From Antedon mediterranea (Eukaryota > Animalia > Echinodermata), in NCBI RefSeq assembly GCF_964355755.1, contig NC_092672.1, forward strand, positions 38,570,437-38,634,436: DNA of 64,000 bases, read 5' to 3'. The position numbers and the translations under genes were made by a program. Below, piece by piece: positions 1 to 12,000 of this stretch; the first letter of the stretch is position 1, and every line of letters starts with the position of its first letter. The notes beneath the pieces are model-generated. The model saw nothing but the letters and a program-made list of their open reading frames with translations. It did not search any database and was not told the DNA's origin.

Positions 1-102
1 TGAGTACATCAGCTGAACACAATGTTAGCTGCTGTTGAGACCAAGTTAAACACAAAGTTAGCTGTATTCCATAATACTTCATATTATGTTCTTTCTTTCT
101 AG

Positions 103-765
103 ATATGTGCGACATAAATGGGACTCTCAAAGGTCCTTGCGTTTTAATCAAGATGCTCAGAGACAGGATGGTTAGTTAGTTTCCGTAAATTAAGGCGAAT
201 AAAAAATGAAAGCTGTTGAGTATTCATTGTATGTTTTGATCTCTATGTTTGACTCCAGTATTAATCTGGTCTGGAATACAATACTTTCTTTTCTGACACT
301 CATCTGCTATTAATATTATTATTCAGATCAGAAACGGATGAATGAATTGATAAATTATCTCGTTAAACAGCGGGTTTCTTCAACTGATAAAATTAGACAT
401 AGAGAAGTAAGTAGGGATAATTATGCTAACTTCATGCCAGGTATTCTATAATTAACATCCCTCCATGGATGTAGGATGGAACAATTATGAAGAATGAATG
501 AATGGTCACATAAATGGGGGTTTTTTTTCTTCTAGTATGCTGGTGGAATTTTCAGTAGATTAGAATCACAATTTAGGAACACTTATCAAACTAGCAAAAC
601 CAGCACATTGCAACCTATTCAAAAGTAAGTACAATATTATGCCTTAATATTGTCAATAATTATATATTACTCCCTCTATGCAAATTTTTAAAGATATTTA
701 TTACGTTGAATATTAACTATTTATTATTTTATAGATCCAAAACCAGATTAAATCCGAGGCCTTAA
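103..765 (+). CDS. 3' exons of an unidentified protein-coding gene (5' part lies outside the window)
   Basis: Four AG/GT-bounded exons (103-170, 327-406, 536-624, 735-765) join in frame: YVRHKWDSQRSLRFNQDAQRQD-DQKRMNELINYLVKQRVSSTDKIRHRE-YAGGIFSRLESQFRNTYQTSKTSTLQPIQK-SKTRLNPRP*. Confidence 0.7.
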
Positions 766-1449
766 CTGATTATGAAATAAAGGATACACTGTCTGTACAG
801 AAACTGGATATAATTTACACTGATCAAGATGGTTTATAGAATAGTCCCTGCTTCTACACCATGGAAAAGCACCTACGGTTCTCAAGTGTTACAATTTATA
901 CTTGTAAAAATTAGTTTTGAATGTTTGTAATAATAATATAACAGTGTTGTTACTTGGTTACTTCAGTTTCAGATTAAATATTGGTATTCTTAAAAACGAC
1001 ATGTTGTCATTGGGGTCTTTTTTTTTTTGGTCAATGTCAAATATTTATGAATCCTAATCTAGCATATTGTCATCAACAAATCAGAAATTTAACAACTGTA
1101 TTTAACTAAATAAACACTAAATTACAACAAACATATTGCATTATACTGTATTATCAAATTTTAATTACTGAATGGATACTGAAACTGTACATTAAAAATC
1201 ATATTCAACAATCGACTAGCTTAAGAATCTAAAAAAATAGCAACTAAAACATAATGACAATTTTCTGTCTTAAAAAATGGAGTGTTCTCTTTTAATCATC
1301 TCTGCACTGTAGCGACATAGTTATGCAGTTTATAAAGGGCAAAAACCCTAATAAAATGTGAGCTTTTCCAGTTACAACTTGCTACAAAACCCAGTGCACA
1401 GTTAATGTCCTTGATGCTACATATAAAAGTCTTTGTCGTAGCTTTGCTA

Positions 1450-2150
1450 TTATCTTCGCTTTTGGAAAACATTGCCTCTTCCACCTCCTCTGCCCCTTCC
1501 TCTTGCAGCTGTAAAACATAAAGTAATATGTTTGCATATTATTTTAAAGTCTAGGCATAAATCATGTTTGTAAAAAATCATTTACCTACTTTCTTTTCTG
1601 TATTCTTTAAAAATTGCATTTTATACATTTAAAAATAAGGATCCAAACAGAACATATTTATTTTTATATACTGTAGGGGCCTACGTTAAATAGGCGACAA
1701 ACAAGACAAAAATCAAACATATGTTATTTTTAGCATAGTCTTGTGGTCAGGCTGAACACCTAGGCCTAAAATAAGAAAGTAAGTTCTGACAAATAATATG
1801 GGGGAAACCAACTTCCACTGATCTCCCTTCCACTTACCCTGAGCTCGGAGAATAGCAGACTTGCCTCGTCCTGCACCGGCACCTTTGTTCTGCTTCGTTT
1901 TGAACATAGGGGCATTTTTTAACATGTCCGGTAAGATAAGAAACCTAATCTTACTCCCCCTTACAAATACATGTTCAAGTTGAGCCACTCTGCCGTCCCT
2001 AAATGTTACGGTAATGTTAGACATTTGACAATTCATGTTATCTTCGGCTTCAATTAGCTTTCCCCTGTACACTTCACCGGTGTTTGTTTCCAATGTAATA
2101 ACATGACCCTCCGCTTCATGTAAAACTTTTATAGGTACACCAATCGACAT
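1450..2150 (-). CDS. SNRPD3: Small nuclear ribonucleoprotein Sm D3
   Basis: Exon 2150-1838 reads [16 protein letters not shown]...[19 protein letters not shown]. It splices to exon 1508-1450, [19 protein letters not shown] (RG tail). Confidence 0.97.
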
Positions 2151-2506
2151 TTTAATTATTTAATGATAATCAAAATTCAAAATATTAGATGTGATCTTAA
2201 AAATGACGATTTTAAAGGATATGTTTACGCTGCTGATTTCTCTTGATTTGTATTCACCGCAAGCGTCTCTATTTCGTTGTTCGTTTGTTGAAAATTGTTT
2301 CTCCACCACAATCAAAACTATTATATACAGTCATTAAAGACTATTAATTTTTTTATAAAATACTATATTACCTATTTGAATGTATAATTTACATTCTATT
2401 TGTATACTATAATATTTACCTAACTGATCATATTTTAAAAATGAAATTATCACACACTTGTTTACAAATTGTTGGGATCGAGCCAACTATAATATATACA
2501 AACAAA
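2151..2506. promoter_or_regulatory. Bidirectional promoter region SNRPD3/DPH1
   Basis: Head-to-head start codons with 356 bp between them. Confidence 0.6.
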
Positions 2507-5500
2507 ATGGCCACCAAAACAGAAATCAATCAACCACATGTTGTGTCTGCAAAAACATCGGCACCCAAACGTTACACCAGTAAAAAGGGTAACATCATAT
2601 TTTTTTATATAACTTTAACCTATACAATTTATTTGCTTAATAAAATGTTTACTATATCGTAAAAACACATAGTACTACCTAGGCTACTAGCTAGGTAGGC
2701 TCAACGCAACGTCAACAATACTTTCTTGTTGAAGTACCGAGTACTGTAGTAGGTTTGTTGTAGACTAGAAGTAAAGCAAATGGTCAGTTCGTACCCGTGT
2801 CTAACATGACAATGAGTGAAGGGGTTTATTTTGAAGCTGAAGTATCGAACAATTATTTATTTAATATAATAATAAGATCTGAAATGACAGAGTTAATTGT
2901 TTATAATTATAATAATAAATATTAAATTGTAATACCAGAATTAAATGAATTAATTAGGCCTAGGGCTTAAGTCTAAGTTAAAACTATTTCATTGAAACTG
3001 TTTTATGAAGGTGATAAAGGTTTTGAGTCTAATAATTGATATAGTAAATATTTAATGCCATGTACACTATTAAAGGATTTTTATATTATTATGTATTTAA
3101 TCTGTGACCACCAGAGATATAATCTATTTTTTTAGTAAATTCCTTTTTTCAGCACGTCCAAGCCACCAAATTCCAGATGAGATTTTAAAAAATAAAGATA
3201 TTAACGATGCAATATCTCAGGTCAGTTTATTTGAATAAAAGTGCAATGAGTAGTAACATTATTAAAATGTATATATTTAGTAATTTCTTCTTTTTTTTAT
3301 TATTGAAGACAACTACAATATACGAATGAGGGTATGTTTATTGTAAATACATAATAGAAAAATAACGCTTAAAAAAGAACGACTTTTCGACTCCATCATG
3401 GGGTCATTATCAAGTCCAATGAATGAAATTTAAAAAAAAAACAACTACGATATAGCAGTTTCTTTATAGTATAAGATAAAAACCTGAGTCTCACAACAAC
3501 AATATAATGATACAGTTATATTATGGTTATTTTAATAAATTATCTAATTTTATCTATTGTTTTTTAGCTTCCAAATAACTACAATTTTGAAATTCCAAAA
3601 ACCATATGGAGAGTAAAAACTGTAAATGCTAAAAAAGGTATATAATAAACTAAATATTTATTTGCTGCATACAAAAATTCAACTTATATAATTATATATA
3701 GGCATCAATGGCATTATATAATGTAAATATACAGTATCTAGGCATCAAAATTATAACATAAAAGTGGTATAAATTAATACCATGATTATTCTTGTATTTG
3801 CAGTGGCACTCCAGTTCCCAGAAGGTTTGTTGATATTTGCCTGTACTATAGCAGATATGATTGAAAGGTTGGTGTCTGAATTTAAACACATGAAACATGA
3901 ATAAAATGCAATTTACACAAATCAAAGATTCTAATAATAAAATAAGTGCTTTGATCATTGTAAAGGCGCTATATAAATGCCAATGTTAAAGACCCCTTCC
4001 CTGCAATTTTGGACGTTTTTTTGGAAAATAATACATATATATCACTTTAAAAACATTAAACCATGTCATTCCTTGTCTTAAATGTACGTTTTATGGTAAA
4101 TTATGATAAAAAGTGAGAAACAATGCACTACCTAAGTAGCTCGCGGCGATCGACCTCTCGTGGACGGTCTTTGGCCTAGCCTAGCTAGGCTTAGTTTTGT
4201 AGGCCTAGCTGGTAAACATCGGTAACGTACGAACATCGTACGCTAGCTATATACCTAGCCTGACGTTGTATAGTTGCTGCATTAATTGTTCTATTTTTGC
4301 CAGACTCCGTTAATACAAATTGGGGAAAACCCGGTATTTTCACTGAAAAGTTAGGAGTCTTCCATTTGTTTTGGCCTCACGATCGATCGAAAAGTGGGCG
4401 AATTACAGGTGAAAAACAAAAATATCAATCCGCGCGCAATGCATTTTGGGATTTATAGCGGGCCGCTATAATTATTAGAATCAAACTTATTTTTCACATT
4501 TTTAACCGTTTAAAGACGAAAAAAGTTATCGCAATAGGACCATATAGTATTATTTTTACATTAAATATAGTTTGTGATCTTAAATTAGATCTAAAAAACG
4601 TAGGGAAGGGGGCTTTAAAAAGTGTGCCAAGTGTGTTGTTGTTTATTACTGTCATTACCAAGTATAGTCCTATGGAGGATTGGGTACATAAGTTTGTCTA
4701 AATTAGAGATGGTCAGGCCTATTATTGGATTATACGTTTTGTGATTATATTTTAACGTATGGTCATGTTTAAAAAAATTAAATGTCAGTAAATTATAAAA
4801 ATGATAACCCTATAATTCGTCAAAGTGATGAATTAAATTCTTTTTTCTTATTGAATTTTTGTAGATTCACAGGTGCTGAAACGTTAATCATGGGCGATGT
4901 AACATATGGGGCTTGCTGCGTAGATGACTTTACTGCCAAAGCTCTTGGAGCGGACATGATGGTGCATTATGGACACAGCTGCCTTAGTAAGAATAACATT
5001 ACTGTATATAATACAATTAAGTCAATGGAACAGAATAGAAAGGCTTTCTTGTACAAATCAGTGGCGTACCACAGAGGCTTGACGCCCCTGGTTTAGGAAA
5101 CAACCCAAGTGGCCCTCCAACGCTGTTTTAGCCTTTTTCAACATATTTCAATACTTGTTTTCCTCTGGACATTGCTCGGGGCCCCCATAAGCTTTCAGGA
5201 CCCCTGGGTTTAGCCGGTGAGCGCTCATAGCTGTTACGCCACTGGTACAAATATTGATACTGTCAGATTTGATGTCAATGATGTAATAAAGTTTTGAAAT
5301 GTTTAATTATATCCAATTTAACTAAACTTTGGTTTTACTTTTAATTTTTCTTTTTTTCTCTACAGTTCCAATAAATGCTACCGAATCAATCAATATGTTG
5401 TATGTATTTGTAGATATAAAAATCGACACAGTTCACTTTATTGAAACCATTAAATTGAATTTTGAACCTATCACTTCATTAGCATTTGTTAGCACTATTC

Positions 5501-8500
5501 AATTTGTTGCTGCCCTTCAGGTAAGTTCTTAGTTTGTTTTAAGTTAGAACTAAATTGCATACTAAATTAGGAAACATAATCATTATATATACACAGTACA
5601 CACCTTTAATATTGTTGTATTCATTTCATTTATTTCAATATCATCATCGCAACCTTAGCTGAATTACAAAGATATTTACATATTCTCAATATTAAAATTT
5701 GTATAAAAGTATAAAACCAATGGTAATTATATATAAAAAAGGATACAATTGACACCAGAAATACTATACAGGAACATGATGATTGATTTGTGTGCAATTT
5801 AATAGAAATTTGCTAATCAGATAGCAAAATTAAAGCTTCCTAAAATATCTTTTAAGGCCAGGTGGTAAACTCTCAGTTTGTACATTAATTCAAAATAGTA
5901 GTACACTTAATTGCAGTTTTAGCATATATTCCTCATAATGAAACCTGTTATCTTTCAAGGCTTCATATGTACAATTGAAAGACCAGTACAAGATTCAAGT
6001 GCCACAGAGCAAGCCTCTTTCTCCTGGTGAAATCCTGGGATGTACTGCTTCTCAACTTCAAGATGTTGATGCTATTATGTAATGGATAACTCTTGTTTTT
6101 GTCTAAAACTCTGTCGAACTTTATGTTCAAATGTGATGTGCCCATATATGGACATGATGATGTCATATCACTACCATATTTGGGCATATCACACTTTTTT
6201 TTGTCAAACTAGTTTGATAGTGTAGACAAAGCATTAGATATTATAGTGAAGAAATATGTACAATACAAGCACTGTTTATAAAGCATTATTGTAAAAAGCA
6301 TGAGGTTACCTTGGTGTGACAGGTCAGTTGTGGAAGATTTACTGTAAATTTATTATTAACTAGAGGGTACTCCGAGAGTACAAACCTCCGCCTACTGTAA
6401 AATTCCCCTACATAAAATGCCCCCTGAATATTTTTTTTTTTACATTTTTTTTATTAGTTCTAAGTGTAAATATGTTAACTGCACACTACAAAGTTGTGGA
6501 TGACAGTGTGGTGTAATGGTTATGTATCCAGCCTCTCACAGTTGAGATCGCTGGTTCAAGCCCCACTGAGGGTTTTTTTTTTGTTTTTTTTTGTGGACCT
6601 TGATCTTTGACCCTGACCCTTTAAAATTTAACCACAATTATATGATGTGTCATTGATCATTGTGGCTAAGTTTGGTGAGAATCGGATCAAAACTGTGGTC
6701 TCTAGGCAGTAAAATAATTTTTTGTTAGTTGTGACCTTGACCTATGACCTTTCCCCTCAAATTCGAACTCTACCAAATTTGGTTAGAATCGGATAAAAAC
6801 TGTGGCCTCCAGGCTGTTCACAGACACACACACAAACATACAGGGGTGAAAACATAACCTCCTTGGCGGAGGTAATAAATTAAATCTTTTTTCTTATTCT
6901 AGATATCTTGGAGATGGAAGGTTTCATTTAGAAGCCATTATGATAGCTAATCCTAACATTAAAGCATTCAGGTAAGCCACTGTATGGAACTTTTTTATTT
7001 AAAAGTCTTCAAAAAAATGTGATGTGCCCAAATATGGTAGTGATATATCCAAAATCTGGTCTGGGCACATTTTTTTTGTCACAGTTTGATAGTGTAGACA
7101 GAGCTCTAAACAAATTATTGAAAGCCTTATAGTAGGTCATTGAACCAAAAAATCTGAACTATGATGGGCATGCTCAGTTCTAGCCAATATGATTAGAATG
7201 ATATCATAAACAAATGCATTACCATATCACTCACACACTATTCAAACCCAACAATCTAAACTTTTAAATGAACATATGACTCGCACATAAAAACAATGAG
7301 AGGAGGTAACCTATAAAAGTAATACTATTTGCCTCTTATTTCACTTATGGTAAGCACCACTTAAGGTAAGTATAAGGGGAAAACTTAACAGAAGGAAAAA
7401 ACCTTGCATTTGTTGTTATTTCAGGTATGACCCCTACAGCAAGGTGTTTTCGCAAGAACATTATGAAACAGAACGAATGCATAATATACGTCAGACAGCT
7501 ATTGCTAAGGCCAGACAAGCCAACAAGTTTGGTCTAATACTAGGAACATTGGGCAGACAAGGTGCACCAAAGGTTTTACAGGTAAAGACATTACACACAT
7601 TTAGTTTTACTTATACTTTACCCACCCACTAGTTGGTTGTCAATGTCTTTACATGAAAAATGTGAACTTTATTTCAGCATTTAGAGGAAAGGTTGAAGTC
7701 ATGTGGATTGGATTATATTCTTGTTCTTTTATCTGAAATTTTTCCAGACAAATTGAAAATATTTAAAGATGTTGATGCGTAAGTCCCAATGTTATTTTGT
7801 ATTGAACTACAGTACTAACAATGTAGGAATGAAATTATTAAATAAGCAACTGCTCCTAAAAAAAGGTCACATAATTTGCATCTCTCATACACCAATAAAA
7901 TAAAAACACTACACTAAAATGGAAAGAGAGACTATAAATTCCCAATGGACTTACAGTAATATATCGGCCATATACCAGTACAAGAGAATAAAGGATAGGA
8001 AGTGATTGTTTTCGAGTGAATGAAGAGATGGAAACTGGTGGGAACCCAAGGCTAGGCCTCGTAACGCATCATTAAACTTTACCCCCTAGGTTAAGTATGA
8101 CACACAAATGAAGAGATGGAAACTGGTGGGAACCCAAGGCTAGGCCTCGTAACACATCATTAAACTTTACCCCCAATTACTTAAAGTCCAGTTAAACCTC
8201 CTACTTTAATTTAATGTTGTTTCTTTTAGGTGGGTACAAGTAGCATGCCCTCGCTTGTCTATTGATTGGGGTTACGCATTTGATAAACCACTCTTAACCC
8301 CTTACGAGGCATCTGTCGCCCTCAAGGACATTGAATGGCAAAAGAGCTACCCAATGGACTACTACAGTAATGCCAGTCTTGGAGCTTGGACTGTCAACAA
8401 TGAAGTGAATAGGCCAGCTAGGCCAACCAGAAAGGTGAAAAAAACAGAAGAGAAATCAACAAGTAGTTCAAATGTTCCATTAACAGAATGTTGTAAAGGA

Positions 8501-8620
8501 AATACTGTTAAACTGAAAGGAATTGAATCCAATTTAGTACCAGCACAACCAGACTGTAATGAAACATCACAAGGATGTTGTCAAGTTGTGAAACAAGATG
8601 CTGTATCAATACCAAACTAG
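2507..8620 (+). CDS. DPH1: Diphthamide biosynthesis protein 1 (multi-exon)
   Basis: Exons encode [85 protein letters not shown] and [25 protein letters not shown] at 2507, TAG ends 8620. Confidence 0.96.
3990..4614. mobile_element. Non-autonomous DNA transposon, Kolobok-like (TTAA TSD)
   Basis: TTAA at 3986-3989 and 4615-4618 flank TIRs AGACCCCTTCCCT / AGGGAAGGGGGCT. Confidence 0.7.
5059..5244. mobile_element. hAT-type MITE
   Basis: TIR CAGTGGCGTA / TACGCCACTG with a perfect 8-bp TSD GTACAAAT (5051-5058, 5245-5252). Confidence 0.85.
6107..6232. mobile_element. Degenerate copy of the Harbinger-like palindromic MITE family
   Basis: Core GTGATGTGCCCA...TTTGATAGTGTAGACA is shared with the copy at 56186. 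Confidence 0.6.
6358..6875. mobile_element. Helentron/HINE-like non-autonomous element with an internal tRNA-like segment
   Basis: Subterminal IR ACCTCCGCC (~6385) / GGCGGAGGT (~6864), 3' palindrome ACCTCCTTGGCGGAGGT, and TGACCTTGA-type subrepeats. Segment 6503-6572 has A-box- and B-box-like motifs. Confidence 0.55.
8019..8175. repeat. Two-copy direct repeat (~68 bp) in the last DPH1 intron
   Basis: AATGAAGAGATGGAAACTGGTGGGAACCCAAGGCTAGGCCTCGTAAC...TTAAACTTTACCCC at ~8019 and ~8107. Confidence 0.9.
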
Positions 8621-9052
8621 TATATTGTGACATTCCAGCATTTATGTACAGAAAAGTGACAATCACACATGTCAACACAGAATCACAAGTTTGAAGTAAA
8701 AATCTAAAATGGAACAACGCCTATCGGTACTTAAATAAAACTCATGAACAAATATTTTAGATTCAGTTTATTTGTCTTTAAAAAAATATTCTTACAGAAA
8801 TTTGAAATTCACGATACCACATTATAAGATAAAAAGAAAATAGTTTATAATGTATTTAGGACATATTTTAATTTAGGAACCTTTAAAAGAACACCCACCA
8901 TATAAAATTCATAATAAAACAAAGTTAAATTAAAAATTAACTTTTCAATGTTTACTAGTGTACAATCAATTTTATCATAATTTTACTGAACATTAATATT
9001 GCAAAATAATGTTGAATTGACAATAACATTTATAAGAATATTGACATTAATG

Positions 9053-12000
9053 TTATGTCCTCCAGAAATGTGCTGGTAACATTCCCTTGGCTGCTGGAAT
9101 CGAATTCCTTTTTAGTGATTCCTGTGAAAAGAAAACCATTAAATTATTGGTACTTACGATGTAGCTTTACGCAATACTGCATTTGACTTAAATAGATTGA
9201 GTACTAAATCTATCATATTGAAATAATCCACATACCTCTAAGAAGTTTTTGAGTCTCATTACAGGACCACCTCCACCTTGGCCTTTTACGGATTCAATTC
9301 TATATTGAAAAGTGTATATTAAGTATAATCTTTGGTTAGGTTACCATATTTGGTATTGGAGTGAGTTATCTAAACTACTGTTGCCTACAAGCATAGTTGT
9401 AATGAACATATTCTACCTATGAGTCTTTTTATAAATTTGTTAAGGTAAGTTAAGTCTGTACTTACCTAGGAAAGAAGTCTTTATAGAGAACATGAAGTAA
9501 TTTTAAAAATTGTTTTCCATAAGTTTGAAGCAGAGTGGAGCCTGCCACCTGGTCACAAGCAGAAAAGACAATTCGTTATATTCATCATAAAAATAATCAG
9601 TCATGAAATTATTTTGTTTAAAGATGTATTGTCCCCCTGAACATTGTTAACATTTTTTGTTGAATATGCTATTTTAATGTCACATAATAGTAGTTATCCA
9701 CTTTGAACCACAAATTTATTTACCTCAAAAAACTATAATTTAAAGCAAAAAATATTTTGTCATTTTATATGAGAAAACATTGTTTTTTCTGGTTTTTTTT
9801 ACGAAAGGGATTAACTTTATTAAAACTACAAAATAACCTATTCAAAATTTGATTTAATAATCTTTTTTGTTTCTGGAGTACAATACATCTTTAAATCTAA
9901 TCATAATTAAAATAAATATTCAGTCTTTGAACAGTTGCTTTTGTTTTGGCGTTTAAATAATAAGAATATTCTTAAAAAACGAATGTAAGCACGTTCTTAG
10001 TACATGCTTACCTGCAAGAAATCAAACAACACCGTAGCTGTAATATCGGGTTGAGGTTCCAAGGCTAGCATGCTGGCTACAAACTTCCAACCTTCTTCAA
10101 CTCCAAATGGATGTTTCTACAAAGAGAAACAAAGTCCAGAATATTAGCCAACGAATAGAAAGATAATTAAGTGGTGCCCAACCGTAATTTACTTTCACTT
10201 AAGTCCAGAATATTAGTCAACACACACACAGACTTAATTGTTAACATGAATGAAAAGTATAGCTACAGACATATAGTATTTACTTACTAAAAGACTTATG
10301 CTTGTGATATTGAAAAACCCCAAAATGTTAGTTAGATTATTTTGAAAGTTGAAACTAATACAAGACCTTGCAAATAACTAAAAAGCTTACATGTTGAGAG
10401 CCTTGAACTGGTTGTGTTATGATAATGGAAGCAAATAGACGTGTATAACCAGACATCCGTCGTAGAAATTTATCCTGCTTTTCGGCCGTACCATCACTAT
10501 CATATTGATAACCTAATGTCCTAAAAACATAAAATTCAATGTTTTTTCAAAGTAATTGAAATATTGTTAAAGAAATTAGTATTAAAAGAACATTATGTTA
10601 ATATCTTATATCGTAAAGGCCTATTTACACAGATGAGCGGTAGCGACAATAAAAATATAGAATCTATGTTATCCTTATGACCACTTACACACAACACGGA
10701 GCTGACGGGCGGTTTCTGCTCAATATAGATACAGATTCTAAGCGGAACAAGCTATGCAGTTTCCTGCTTGTCTATGTAAATTGGCCTTTAGACAATATAT
10801 CATTCTAAATCATTGTCAATCAAAATCAAAAGGGTCAAATTAACTTAGTATCTTACTTAAAATATTCTTCAGATGTTTGAGATTCTTGCTTTGGAATATA
10901 GTATGGTACTAGATATGGACAGTTTTTGTAAAAGTGGGCCAAGACAAGAGGCCGCATGTCTGGAAACTCACACATTATGGCAACTGTGAGGGCAGCATAT
11001 ACAAATGCTGATTCATGTTGAGAAGACACTTGCTCATCACCTTGTTTCTAAAAAAAACCAATTTAAAACAAATTTTCGATCAGAGTCAAGTTAATAATTT
11101 AAATAACATAGAAATATACAATAGGGAAGATACTTGTCTGTTGGAGAATTCATTCAGCAAGCTGTAGAGAAACAATGTTGGTACTACAAAGTTGTCAGTA
11201 TACAGATATTGACTGCTTAGAGGTGTATTATAACATTATAATATTAATAATTTTGGCACTACAAAGATGTCAGTGCTGTTTATTGTATTAATAAGATGAG
11301 TGGGTACACACAGCAAACTTGCATAAATAAGTCGTCTAGCAGTGATACAATTTGCTTCGGACAATCAGGCATTTTAATTATTTTACTGTATATAACTTTG
11401 TATATTTCTGTTGTGCTGAAATTGAATATATCAAATACATGACGTACCACAAGCTTCTTAGCCAGCAGATCTTTACAAAACATTACACCGCCTGGCAGGG
11501 AGCCTGCGGACATCCTCTGGTTCGATACTTCAACAGATTGACCAGAAAGAAGCCGGACTAGTTTATTGAGTTTGTCTTTTAAGTGAGAACCTGACTTGTC
11601 TGAAACCGCATTCACTGGAGTGTTCACAGCCTTTTGTAAACCAAACCTTTCTTTCTTTATCTTCAGAGAAAAATATTTTGTTTTTTGTTTTCTATGCCAT
11701 TAATTAAAGATGACAAATATCACCATCCCTAAAAAGGTATTATATATTTTTACTGCATCTTAAAAGATATACCTCTACTACAGTATCTTAAAAGTAGCAG
11801 GTTGTAGTGGCATTGTAGTTTGGTTGCTAACAGATTAGCCTTAATAATATTGAATGGGTTTTTTTCTATGCCACAAATTAAAGATGAAAAAGAGTACAAT
11901 TAACAGATATCACCATCCCTAAAAAGGGATTTCTTCATCCTACAGGATATGACTATCTCAAAAGTAGCAGGTTGTAGTGGCATTGTAGCTTGGTGGTAGT

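Noticed and set aside
6503-6572. Possible tRNA gene
   Set aside because: The acceptor stem does not pair and it is embedded in a repeat, so it is treated as tRNA-derived sequence.
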